Source: an uncultured Candidatus Saccharibacteria bacterium
GTDB taxonomy: Bacteria; Patescibacteriota; Saccharimonadia; Saccharimonadales; CAYUUR01
Direction: 5' to 3'
Length of the DNA: 64,000 nt
NCBI GenBank assembly: GCA_964448075.1
Contig: CAYUUR010000003.1
Location: forward strand, 5,610-69,609
How positions within the stretch are numbered: the stretch's first letter is position 1; each line of letters opens with the position of its first letter. The position numbers and the translations under genes are program-made. The notes under the pieces are model-generated. The model ran no database searches. It was not told where the DNA came from and was given only the letters and a program-made list of their open reading frames with translations. Below are positions 18,763 through 26,503 of the stretch, one piece after another.

Positions 18763-21549
18763 ATGGGGCAAACAACACTAGGGGTAACACGATTTTTTAC
18801 AAAGCCGAACACGAAAGGCTATGATGCGCTGAAGTGGGTGGTGCGAGATTCTTTGATTGAGAATCCAATGACAAAGAAGCCAGTCTTTGAGCAGAAGGGC
18901 ATTGATTTTCCAGAAGGCTGGTCACAGAATGCCATAAACATCGTAGCGCAAAAGTACTTTACCGGTACGCCTGGCTCAGCAGAACGAGAAGACAGCTTAA
19001 AGAAACTGATCAACCGTGTTGTAGACACAGTAACTCGTCAGGGGCAACAAGAGGGTTACTTTGAGTCTGACACGGAAGCGGAAGACTTTCGTGAAGAGCT
19101 CAAGTACATTTTGGCGACTCAGCGTGCAGCGTTTAACTCGCCTGTGTGGTTTAACATCGGCGCACCAGAACGCGCACAGCAGGCCAGTGCGTGCTTTATC
19201 CTGGGTATTTCTGACACTATGACTGCGATCCTGAACTGGTACCGAGAAGAAGGTATGATCTTTAAGGGTGGCTCAGGTTCAGGTATTAACTTGAGTGGTA
19301 TCCGCTCATCTGTAGAAACGCTTGGTAAGAGCGCTGGTACTGCGTCCGGTCCTATGAGCTTTATGCGCGGTGCTGATGCATCTGCTGGGGCTATTAAGAG
19401 TGGCGGCAAGACGCGACGCGCTGCCAAGATGGTTATCCTGAATGTTGATCACCCAGATATCGAAGAGTTTATCTGGTGTAAAGCAATTGAAGAGCGCAAA
19501 GCTCGAGTACTTGAAGAAGCTGGTTACGATATGTCATTGGACGGTAAGGATATCTTCTCTGTCCAGTATCAGAACGCCAATAACTCTGTACGTGTAACTG
19601 ATGACTTCATGAAGGCAGTAGAGGCTGATGAAGAATGGGAACTACGTGAGGTTAAGACCGGCAAGGTTGTTCGACGAGTGCGTGCACGGGATCTGTTCCG
19701 TCAGATTAACCAGGCAGCGTGGGAATGTGCTGATCCTGGCATGCAGTTTGATACGACCATTAATAAGTGGCACACAGCGCCAAACGCAGGTCGTATTAAT
19801 GCGTCCAACCCTTGTTCTGAGTACATGCACCTCGATAACTCAGCCTGTAACCTCGCAAGCATAAACTTACTGAAGTACCTGAAAGAAGACGGAAGCTTTG
19901 ATGTACAAGCTTACATCCATACCATCGAGTTAATCTTTACGGCGCAAGAGATCTTGGTTGGCTACTCGGAGTATCCAACCGAATCAATCGGTAAAACGGC
20001 ACGAGCTTATCGTGAGCTCGGACTTGGCTATGCCAACCTTGGTGCAATGCTTATGGCGCAGGGTCTGCCATATGATTCAGATGAGGGTCGCGCACAAGCT
20101 GCAGCGGTAACTGCGCTCATGACCGGCCAAGCTTATGCGACAAGCGCCAAACTAGCGCGTCGAGTCGGACCATTTGCTGGCTACCACAAGGACAAGGAAG
20201 CCATGCAGCGTGTTCTAAAGATGCACCGCGATGAAGTATCAAAGATTGATGCTGGATTGGTCTCAGAGGAGCTCTTGAGCGCGGCAGCAGCAGCGTGGGA
20301 CGAGGCAGTCGAGCTTGGTGCACGCTACGGTGTACGTAACTCTCAGGCGAGTGTGCTTGCGCCAACAGGTACCATCGGCCTGATGATGGACTGCGATACT
20401 ACTGGTATCGAACCAGACCTTGGGCTTGTTAAGGTCAAGAAGTTGGTCGGCGGTGGCACGATGCACATCGTCAACCAGACAGTGCCGCGTGCGTTGAAGT
20501 CACTTGGCTATACAAAGCCACAAATTGACGACATTATTAACTACATTGATGTCGAAAAAACAATACTTGGCGCACCCCACCTCAAGAAAGAACACGAGAA
20601 CGTCTTTGCTTGTTCAATGGGTGACAACTCGATCCACTACATGGGTCACGTCAAAATGATGTCCGCCGTACAGCCGTTCCTCTCTGGAGCTATCAGTAAG
20701 ACGGTCAACATGCCAGAAGATGCAACGGTTGAAGATGTTGAGCAATTGCATATCGAAGCTTGGAAGATGGGGCTTAAGGCAGTGGCGATCTATAGAGATA
20801 ACTGTAAAGTTGCACAGCCGCTCTCAATGGCCAAGAAAGCTGGTGCAGAGAAAGAAACCACGACCACCACTGTTACTGAAGTAGTAGAAACCATCAGTGA
20901 TCGAATTGTAGTGAAGGGTGCTATCAGGCGCGCAATGCCAAAGACACGTACTGCAAAGACCTTCTCATTCCGCGTTGCTGATAGTCACGGCTACATGACC
21001 GTTGGTGAGTATGAGGATGGTACTCCGGGCGAAATCTTTGTAAATGTGAGCAAGCAGGGCTCAACGCTACGTGGTATCCTTGACGCCTTTGCAATCAGCG
21101 TGAGCCACGGTTTGCAGTTTGGTGTACCACTGAAGGACTACGTTAAGTCACTCACTAGCATGAGCTTTGCGCCATCTGGTATTACCGATGACCCAGAGGT
21201 TCGCACGGCAACATCAATTGTTGACTACATCGCTCGTCGCTTAGCGCTCTCGTACCTGTCATTTGACGATAGACTTGAGCTTGGTCTGGCGTCGATTGAC
21301 GATATGCCAGAGGAGCAGACGAGTCTTCTCGAAGACGGCCAGTTGCAGCAGTCTATTCAGGAACAGGTTACGACTGAAGTTGTACAAGAAGTCACCACTG
21401 TTTCTGAGAAGGTCACAAATCCTACGCCAGCTAAGAGTGCAAAGGCTGACGAGGCAGCACCAATGTGCTTCAACTGTGGCAACCAGACTCAACGTGCTGG
21501 CAGCTGCTATGTTTGCACCGCCTGCGGTTCAACGACCGGCTGCAGCTAG
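18763..21549 (+). CDS. nrdJ: Class II (adenosylcobalamin-dependent) ribonucleotide reductase NrdJ with C-terminal zinc-ribbon tail
   Basis: 928-aa RNR large-subunit fold (SNPCSEY...ACNLASINL). No beta subunit gene is adjacent. The C-terminus reads CFNCG...CYVCTACG. Confidence 0.85.
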   Translation: MGQTTLGVTRFFTKPNTKGYDALKWVVRDSLIENPMTKKPVFEQKGIDFPEGWSQNAINIVAQKYFTGTPGSAEREDSLKKLINRVVDTVTRQGQQEGYFESDTEAEDFREELKYILATQRAAFNSPVWFNIGAPERAQQASACFILGISDTMTAILNWYREEGMIFKGGSGSGINLSGIRSSVETLGKSAGTASGPMSFMRGADASAGAIKSGGKTRRAAKMVILNVDHPDIEEFIWCKAIEERKARVLEEAGYDMSLDGKDIFSVQYQNANNSVRVTDDFMKAVEADEEWELREVKTGKVVRRVRARDLFRQINQAAWECADPGMQFDTTINKWHTAPNAGRINASNPCSEYMHLDNSACNLASINLLKYLKEDGSFDVQAYIHTIELIFTAQEILVGYSEYPTESIGKTARAYRELGLGYANLGAMLMAQGLPYDSDEGRAQAAAVTALMTGQAYATSAKLARRVGPFAGYHKDKEAMQRVLKMHRDEVSKIDAGLVSEELLSAAAAAWDEAVELGARYGVRNSQASVLAPTGTIGLMMDCDTTGIEPDLGLVKVKKLVGGGTMHIVNQTVPRALKSLGYTKPQIDDIINYIDVEKTILGAPHLKKEHENVFACSMGDNSIHYMGHVKMMSAVQPFLSGAISKTVNMPEDATVEDVEQLHIEAWKMGLKAVAIYRDNCKVAQPLSMAKKAGAEKETTTTTVTEVVETISDRIVVKGAIRRAMPKTRTAKTFSFRVADSHGYMTVGEYEDGTPGEIFVNVSKQGSTLRGILDAFAISVSHGLQFGVPLKDYVKSLTSMSFAPSGITDDPEVRTATSIVDYIARRLALSYLSFDDRLELGLASIDDMPEEQTSLLEDGQLQQSIQEQVTTEVVQEVTTVSEKVTNPTPAKSAKADEAAPMCFNCGNQTQRAGSCYVCTACGSTTGCS

Positions 21550-21567
21550 GATTAAAGCTGGCCCACT

Positions 21568-21600
21568 AAAAGAGGCGAATAAAATCGCCTCTTTTTTATT
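21568..21600 (+). terminator. Rho-independent terminator
   Basis: agaggcga (21571-21578) pairs with tcgcctct (21585-21592), followed by tttttt. Confidence 0.8.
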
Positions 21601-21626
21601 CTGCTTATGCTTGGTACACTTTTGAT

Positions 21627-21890
21627 ATGAAAATTATCGCCCTATATCACCCATCATCGGAATGGGCGAGAGACGTTGAAATGTATGCTCGCGACATGGA
21701 GCGTTCTCAGGGAGCCAAGGTAGAGTTGGTCAGTCTGGAGACGCGAGACGGGGCGGCAATGGCATCTATGTATGACATCGTGAGGTATCCAGCGATTGTG
21801 GTCCTCAAAGAAGATGGGCAGGTTCAACAGCAATGGCAGGGAGAACGGTTACCTCTGATGAATGAAGTAGCTGGCTTTGTTCGGGCGTAA
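21627..21890 (+). CDS. Thioredoxin-fold-like small protein lacking the CxxC pair
   Basis: 87 aa. KIIALYHPSSEW sits where Trx/NrdH carry CxxC. RYPAIVVLKEDGQ resembles the cis-Pro strand. The protein has no cysteine at all. Confidence 0.4.
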   Translation: MKIIALYHPSSEWARDVEMYARDMERSQGAKVELVSLETRDGAAMASMYDIVRYPAIVVLKEDGQVQQQWQGERLPLMNEVAGFVRA

Positions 21891-21891
21891 C

Positions 21892-21920
21892 TTGCGCTAG
21901 AATTGATAATCGGATAAAAT
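21892..21920 (+). promoter_or_regulatory. Sigma70-type promoter for ileS, giving a ~200-nt 5' UTR
   Basis: TTGCGC (21892-21897), 17-nt spacer, TAAAAT (21915-21920). Confidence 0.45.
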
Positions 21921-21926
21921 TACAAC

Positions 21927-22125
21927 GTGCAACTAGAAAAGCCGTTTGAGCAGCTATCAACTGCGAGGCGCAGGAAGAACAGGGAAACCTTACTAGAACC
22001 TGACGTGTCGAACCGACGTTACCGGTGTAATAAAGAGCTTCTACATGAGGCAGCAGGATGGAACCTTCGGTCACACACCGGATCCCGCAGCAAAAGTAGA
22101 AGCTTTTTATATTGAAAGGAAAGTC
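21927..22125 (+). promoter_or_regulatory. ileS leader RNA (candidate T-box-like riboswitch, unproven)
   Basis: Long untranslated leader. Hairpin GCAG-CUAUCAA-CUGC (21950-21964) displays AUC followed by A. GGAUGGAACC (22056-22065) sits in a bulged helix. Details are in the findings. Confidence 0.35.
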
Positions 22126-25065
22126 ATGAAGTTTAAGGCAGGCACACGGCGCAAAGCCATCGAATACGAAAAGGACTTAGTCCAGCAGTGGAAGAAGAAC
22201 AAGACATTTGAGAAATCGGTTGAGCAGCGACCGGAAGACAATGCCTATGTGTTCTATGACGGACCGCCGTTCATCACAGGTGTGCCACACGTCGGAACTC
22301 TACTTACTTCTATCGTAAAAGACGCTGTGCCACGTTACTGGACAATGAAGGGTAAGCGAGTTGAGCGTCGTTGGGGCTGGGATTGCCATGGATTGCCTGC
22401 AGAAGTGTTCACAGAGAAGAAGCTAGGCATTCAAGATAAGCGAGATATTGGCACGAAGATCAGTCTTGAAGAGTACATAACTACCTGCCGCAACAATATG
22501 GTTCAAACTGGATCACTCTGGGAAGACACTATCGATCGGATTGGCCGCTGGGTGAACTTTAAGGGCGCCTACAGAACCATGGACAAGGATTACATGGAGT
22601 CTGTTTGGTGGGCGTTTAAGGAGCTGTACGAAAAGGGCAAGATTTACGAGGGCGAGAAGGTGCTTTTGTACTGCACTCGTGACGCCACCCCTCTCAGTAA
22701 GGCAGAAATCGCCATGGATAATAGCTACAAAGACGACACTGACCCATCGGTATATGTGAAGTTTAAGCTTAAAGATGAAGATGTATATCTATTAGCTTGG
22801 ACGACAACTCCGTGGACATTACCAAGTAACTCCGCAATCGCAGTCAATCAAGATCTCGAATACGCCGAAGTAGAGGTGGGCGATGAGCACTTCGTCATCG
22901 CTAAAGATCTTGTCGCAAAGGTCTTAACAGATGAGAAGCATCAGCCAGTTGCACACAAAGTGCTACGTACCTTTAAAGGGCAGGAGCTTGTCGGAAAAGA
23001 CTATGAGCCGTTGTTTGATGATCACAAAAACCTTGGTGCCAAGGCTTTCAAGATCTGGCATGCTGATTTTGTGCATGCGGACGACGGTACGGGTATTGCC
23101 CATGAATCACCAGCATATGGCGAAGAAGATTATCAACTTAGCCGAGATAATGGCTTTCCGTGGGTGCTAAATACGGACGAGAATGGCTTCTATACCTCTG
23201 GTGAATGGAAGGGCCAGAACATATGGGATGTGAACAAAGAAATCGCCAAAACGTTGCTCGAGCGCGGTGTTGTATGGAAGATAGACTACATCCGTCACTC
23301 GTACCCGCACTGTTTCCGTTGCGACACTAAGCTGATGTACCGAGCTCACCCGAGCTGGTTCATGGATATAGATGGTCAGCGCACAGAGATGCTTGAAGGC
23401 AACAGTGAGGTTAATTGGCGGCCCGAACATCTTAAACATGGTCGTTCAGAGAAGACAATTCAGACTGCGCCAGATTGGAACTTGAGCCGTGATCGCTTCT
23501 GGGCTACGGCAATGCCGGTTTGGAAAGCAACCGACAAGAGCGGCAAAGTTAACGTCAAAGTAATAGGTAGCTACGCCGAACTCAAAGAATTGAGTGGTGT
23601 TGAGCTAGAAGATTACCACCGTCCTTGGGTAGATGATGTTACATTTACAATAGACGGGCTTGAATATCGACGTATTGATAAAGTGATGGACTGTTGGTTT
23701 GAGTCCGGCAGTATGCCATTTGCACAGTTCCACTATCCGTTTGAGAACAAGGAAAAATTCGAAGCAAGCTTCCCTGGAGACTTCGTAGTTGAGTATACGC
23801 CACAGGTTAGAGCTTGGTTCTACTATATGGCGGCAGTGTCGAACGGCTTGTTTGGCGGCAAGGCCTTCAAGAATGCTCTCGTCCATGGAACTTTGGCAGG
23901 CAACGATGGTCGAAAGATGAGTAAGTCTTTCGGTAACTACACCGATCCAAACGTACTGATGGATGAATACAGCGTGGATGCCCTGCGATTTCTACTGCTA
24001 AGTTCTACCCTCCTCAATGGCGAAGATTTTTCACTTCAGGACAAAGACGTATCAGATGTAAACCGCAAATTGGCTATGATTTGGAATATGTACGACTTCT
24101 TCACCATGTACGCCGATGTAGATGGCTGGAAATGGGACGGTATGCTGGAAGATCCTCTGGATAAGTTGGCAAATCCACTCGACCAGTGGGTAGTGTCACG
24201 TGTCCATCAGTTAACCCACGAAGTCGACGAGCATATGCAGCGATATGATCTGCCAAATGCACTCAAGCCCGTTCTTGAGTTTGTAGATGATGCTAGTAAC
24301 TGGTATGTGCGGCGTTCGCGCAAGCGTTTCTGGAAGAGCGAGGACGATGGCGACAAGAACGATGCCTACAAGACGCTTCACTACGTGCTGGTGCGGCTTA
24401 GTATGGTTATGGCGCCATTTACGCCATTCTTGGCCGAAGAGCTCTACCAGAAGCTTACAGGCGGTGAATCGGTACACTTACTTGACTGGCCAGAAGGTGG
24501 CCAAGTGAACGAGATGATGATTGGTCGCATGAAAGCCGTTCGCCACCTAATTAACATTGGGCTCAGTGTCCGTGCTGAAAACGGCATAAAAGTTCGTCAG
24601 CCACTTGCATCGGCAACTCTAAAGGGTAGTTACAAAGATTTTGAGCCTGAATTAATCGAGATCATAAAAGATGAACTTAACATTAAAGAAGTCACCGTAA
24701 GTGACAAGCAGCTCAAAGTAGAGAAATCATTTTTGGAAAACTGGGAAGAAGGCAATCTCTCGCAGCATTACCAGATAGAAGTTAATCTCGAGCTTACCCC
24801 TGCATTGAAACGTGAAGGCATGATGCGCGAGGTCGTGCGCAACGTTCAGAGTGCGCGAAAGGCCGCTGGGCTTAACGTTGATGACCGCATCAAGCTCAGT
24901 TTGGTGACTAAAGATAATGAGCTAGCAAAAGCAATCGACGAACATACAGATACGATCAAGCAAGAAACTCTAGCCAAGACGTTAGTTGCTGAAGGTGGGT
25001 ATGCTCATGCGCAAGCAGTTAAGATTGACGGATCCGATCTAGCCATAGGACTAGAGAGAGTCTAG
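22126..25065 (+). CDS. ileS: Isoleucyl-tRNA synthetase
   Basis: Class I signatures PHVGT (a HIGH variant) and KMSKS, with a CP1 editing insertion. ATG 22126 follows GAAAGGAAAG; the ORF-track start at 22045 lies in the leader. Confidence 0.95.
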   Translation: MKFKAGTRRKAIEYEKDLVQQWKKNKTFEKSVEQRPEDNAYVFYDGPPFITGVPHVGTLLTSIVKDAVPRYWTMKGKRVERRWGWDCHGLPAEVFTEKKLGIQDKRDIGTKISLEEYITTCRNNMVQTGSLWEDTIDRIGRWVNFKGAYRTMDKDYMESVWWAFKELYEKGKIYEGEKVLLYCTRDATPLSKAEIAMDNSYKDDTDPSVYVKFKLKDEDVYLLAWTTTPWTLPSNSAIAVNQDLEYAEVEVGDEHFVIAKDLVAKVLTDEKHQPVAHKVLRTFKGQELVGKDYEPLFDDHKNLGAKAFKIWHADFVHADDGTGIAHESPAYGEEDYQLSRDNGFPWVLNTDENGFYTSGEWKGQNIWDVNKEIAKTLLERGVVWKIDYIRHSYPHCFRCDTKLMYRAHPSWFMDIDGQRTEMLEGNSEVNWRPEHLKHGRSEKTIQTAPDWNLSRDRFWATAMPVWKATDKSGKVNVKVIGSYAELKELSGVELEDYHRPWVDDVTFTIDGLEYRRIDKVMDCWFESGSMPFAQFHYPFENKEKFEASFPGDFVVEYTPQVRAWFYYMAAVSNGLFGGKAFKNALVHGTLAGNDGRKMSKSFGNYTDPNVLMDEYSVDALRFLLLSSTLLNGEDFSLQDKDVSDVNRKLAMIWNMYDFFTMYADVDGWKWDGMLEDPLDKLANPLDQWVVSRVHQLTHEVDEHMQRYDLPNALKPVLEFVDDASNWYVRRSRKRFWKSEDDGDKNDAYKTLHYVLVRLSMVMAPFTPFLAEELYQKLTGGESVHLLDWPEGGQVNEMMIGRMKAVRHLINIGLSVRAENGIKVRQPLASATLKGSYKDFEPELIEIIKDELNIKEVTVSDKQLKVEKSFLENWEEGNLSQHYQIEVNLELTPALKREGMMREVVRNVQSARKAAGLNVDDRIKLSLVTKDNELAKAIDEHTDTIKQETLAKTLVAEGGYAHAQAVKIDGSDLAIGLERV

Positions 25066-25070
25066 CAAAC

Positions 25071-25105
25071 TTACCGTTTCCAAGGCCCGGCCTTGGAAAC
25101 GGTAA
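25071..25105 (+). terminator. Perfect 15-17 bp hairpin after ileS with no U-tract
   Basis: ttaccgtttccaagg (25071-25085) pairs with ccttggaaacggtaa (25091-25105). Confidence 0.5.
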
Positions 25106-25202
25106 TGGTCAGTCTAGAGAAAGCAACCTAAGACTTTTGACAACAGAGGCCAGATCTGGTAAGCTCTATCGGTAACTATAAATAAAGGTAATCGGATAAG
25201 TC

Positions 25203-25511
25203 ATGAAAAAAGCAGTCATCGCTACAGGTGGTAAGCAGTACCTCGTAGCCGAAGGGGAAACCCTTGAAGTAGAGCTTTTGCAGACAGAAGGCAAAACTGC
25301 AACTTTTGTACCCCTTCTCGTCATCGATGGTGATAAAACTACCGTTGGTACTCCAGAGGTCAGTGGCGCTAAAGTCACTGCTGAAGTTGTTGAAGCAGAC
25401 AAACAAGGTGACAAAGTCACCGCCATTCGCTACAAAGCAAAGAAGCGCGTACATACCGTACATGGCCATCGCCAACGGCACGCGATTATCAAGATCTCCA
25501 AGATCTCATAA
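25203..25511 (+). CDS. rplU: 50S ribosomal protein L21
   Basis: MKKAVIATGGKQYLVAEGETLEVE... is the canonical L21 N-terminus. No rpmA follows it. Confidence 0.9.
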   Translation: MKKAVIATGGKQYLVAEGETLEVELLQTEGKTATFVPLLVIDGDKTTVGTPEVSGAKVTAEVVEADKQGDKVTAIRYKAKKRVHTVHGHRQRHAIIKISKIS

Positions 25512-25536
25512 GCAAGCCTTCGGCTTGCAAGCGTTA

Positions 25537-25570
25537 AAGAGACACCTTCCGTGAAGGTGTCTCTTATTTC
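25537..25570 (+). terminator. Rho-independent terminator
   Basis: aagagacacctt (25537-25548) pairs with aaggtgtctctt (25554-25565), followed by atttc. Confidence 0.7.
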
Positions 25571-25608
25571 TCGGTAGCATAGATGCTATAGTTAAATGCA
25601 TAAGAGTT

Positions 25609-26409
25609 ATGCGTATAACAAAGATTTTTGCCGCTACGATAGCCGTTTTGGTACTTGCACCTGCAAGTGTACTGGCATTGACGGCGCAAGGCTACAAGAG
25701 CGAAACGCCAATTTCTGTCGGCTTTGCTGTGGCTCATAGTGACAACCAAAGCGGTTCTGACAATGTCGTAGAGCTGGCAACTCCTTCAAACAGTGAGCGC
25801 TTTGCTGGCATTACCGTAGGGCAGAACGAGGCTACAGTAACAACTGCTGACGATGCCAGCAATGTATTTGTTGTAAATAACGGCGAAGTCAGGGCTGCTG
25901 TGTCTGACATTAACGGTAGAATAACAAAGGGTGACAACCTAGTTCTATCAGCGCTTAAAGGTGTGCTCATGAAGGCCAATGTCGAGGAAACTGCAGCTAT
26001 TGGCACTGCTTTGGAAGATCAAACTGATGTGAACAGCACAACAGAAAAGGTAAATAACAGAGGGAATAGTGAATACGAAGTAAAAGTGAGTACAATTTTA
26101 GTCGACATTAGCCCGAAGGCGATTGAACCAACTACGCAGCGTCAATCTTTCCTGGTTTTGTTCGGTAGCTCGCTTACTGGTAAGGATGTGAGTGCCGTTC
26201 AGGTTGCAGTTGCGTTTGTGATTTTCTTCTTGATACTTATCATCGAAGGTAGCATAATCTACGGATCAATTTATAGCAGCATTATCTCGCTTGGCCGTAA
26301 TCCGCTATCAAGATCAGCAGTGTATAAGGATCTTTTACAGGTTACAGTACTTGCGATAGTGATTCTCGTAGCCGGCGTGTTTGCGATGTACTTGATTTTA
26401 TGGGCTTAA
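25609..26409 (+). CDS. Hypothetical exported protein with C-terminal double TM anchor
   Basis: Signal-like N-terminus ITKIFAATIAVLVLAPASVLALTA, a ~170-aa soluble domain, then two hydrophobic helices (VAVAFVIFFLILIIEG..., VTVLAIVILVAGVFAMYLILW). It lies directly upstream of the giant ORF. Confidence 0.55.
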   Translation: MRITKIFAATIAVLVLAPASVLALTAQGYKSETPISVGFAVAHSDNQSGSDNVVELATPSNSERFAGITVGQNEATVTTADDASNVFVVNNGEVRAAVSDINGRITKGDNLVLSALKGVLMKANVEETAAIGTALEDQTDVNSTTEKVNNRGNSEYEVKVSTILVDISPKAIEPTTQRQSFLVLFGSSLTGKDVSAVQVAVAFVIFFLILIIEGSIIYGSIYSSIISLGRNPLSRSAVYKDLLQVTVLAIVILVAGVFAMYLILWA

Positions 26410-26436
26410 ATAGCCAAAAAATGTATACAAAAATGC

Positions 26437-26465
26437 TTGTGTTTATAGGGGTAAAAGCCTACAAT
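26437..26465 (+). promoter_or_regulatory. Sigma70-type promoter for the giant ORF
   Basis: TTGTGT (26437-26442), 17-nt spacer, TACAAT (26460-26465). Confidence 0.4.
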
Positions 26466-26503
26466 AATCGGTAGTAGTAAGTTTAAAAAACAGAAAATCA
26501 AAA

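Noticed and set aside
21466-21549. The NrdJ C-terminal CxxC...CxxC tail as a novel fusion
   Set aside because: Cys-rich C-terminal tails are an established feature of many class II RNRs. It is noted in the annotation but is not novel.
21927-22115. 62-aa GTG-initiated ORF in the ileS leader
   Set aside because: It has no SD and an Arg/Ser-rich nonsense-like composition. The region is better explained as a structured 5' UTR.
22045-22125. ORF-track N-terminal extension of ileS, and the analogous extensions for parB (33549), serS (60992), ftsZ (16643), ftsA (15256), nrdR (18213), rpsA (2425) and the methyltransferase (55610)
   Set aside because: The conserved protein N-termini begin at downstream ATGs that have SD sequences or promoter elements. 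The extensions overlap upstream genes or leaders and add non-conserved residues.
25066-25202. Ribosomal-protein L21 leader RNA upstream of rplU
   Set aside because: I could see only a weak promoter-like TTGACA-17-TAAGCT and the ileS terminator hairpin. There is no convincing additional conserved structure, and no rpmA follows rplU for an L21/L27 operon leader to regulate.
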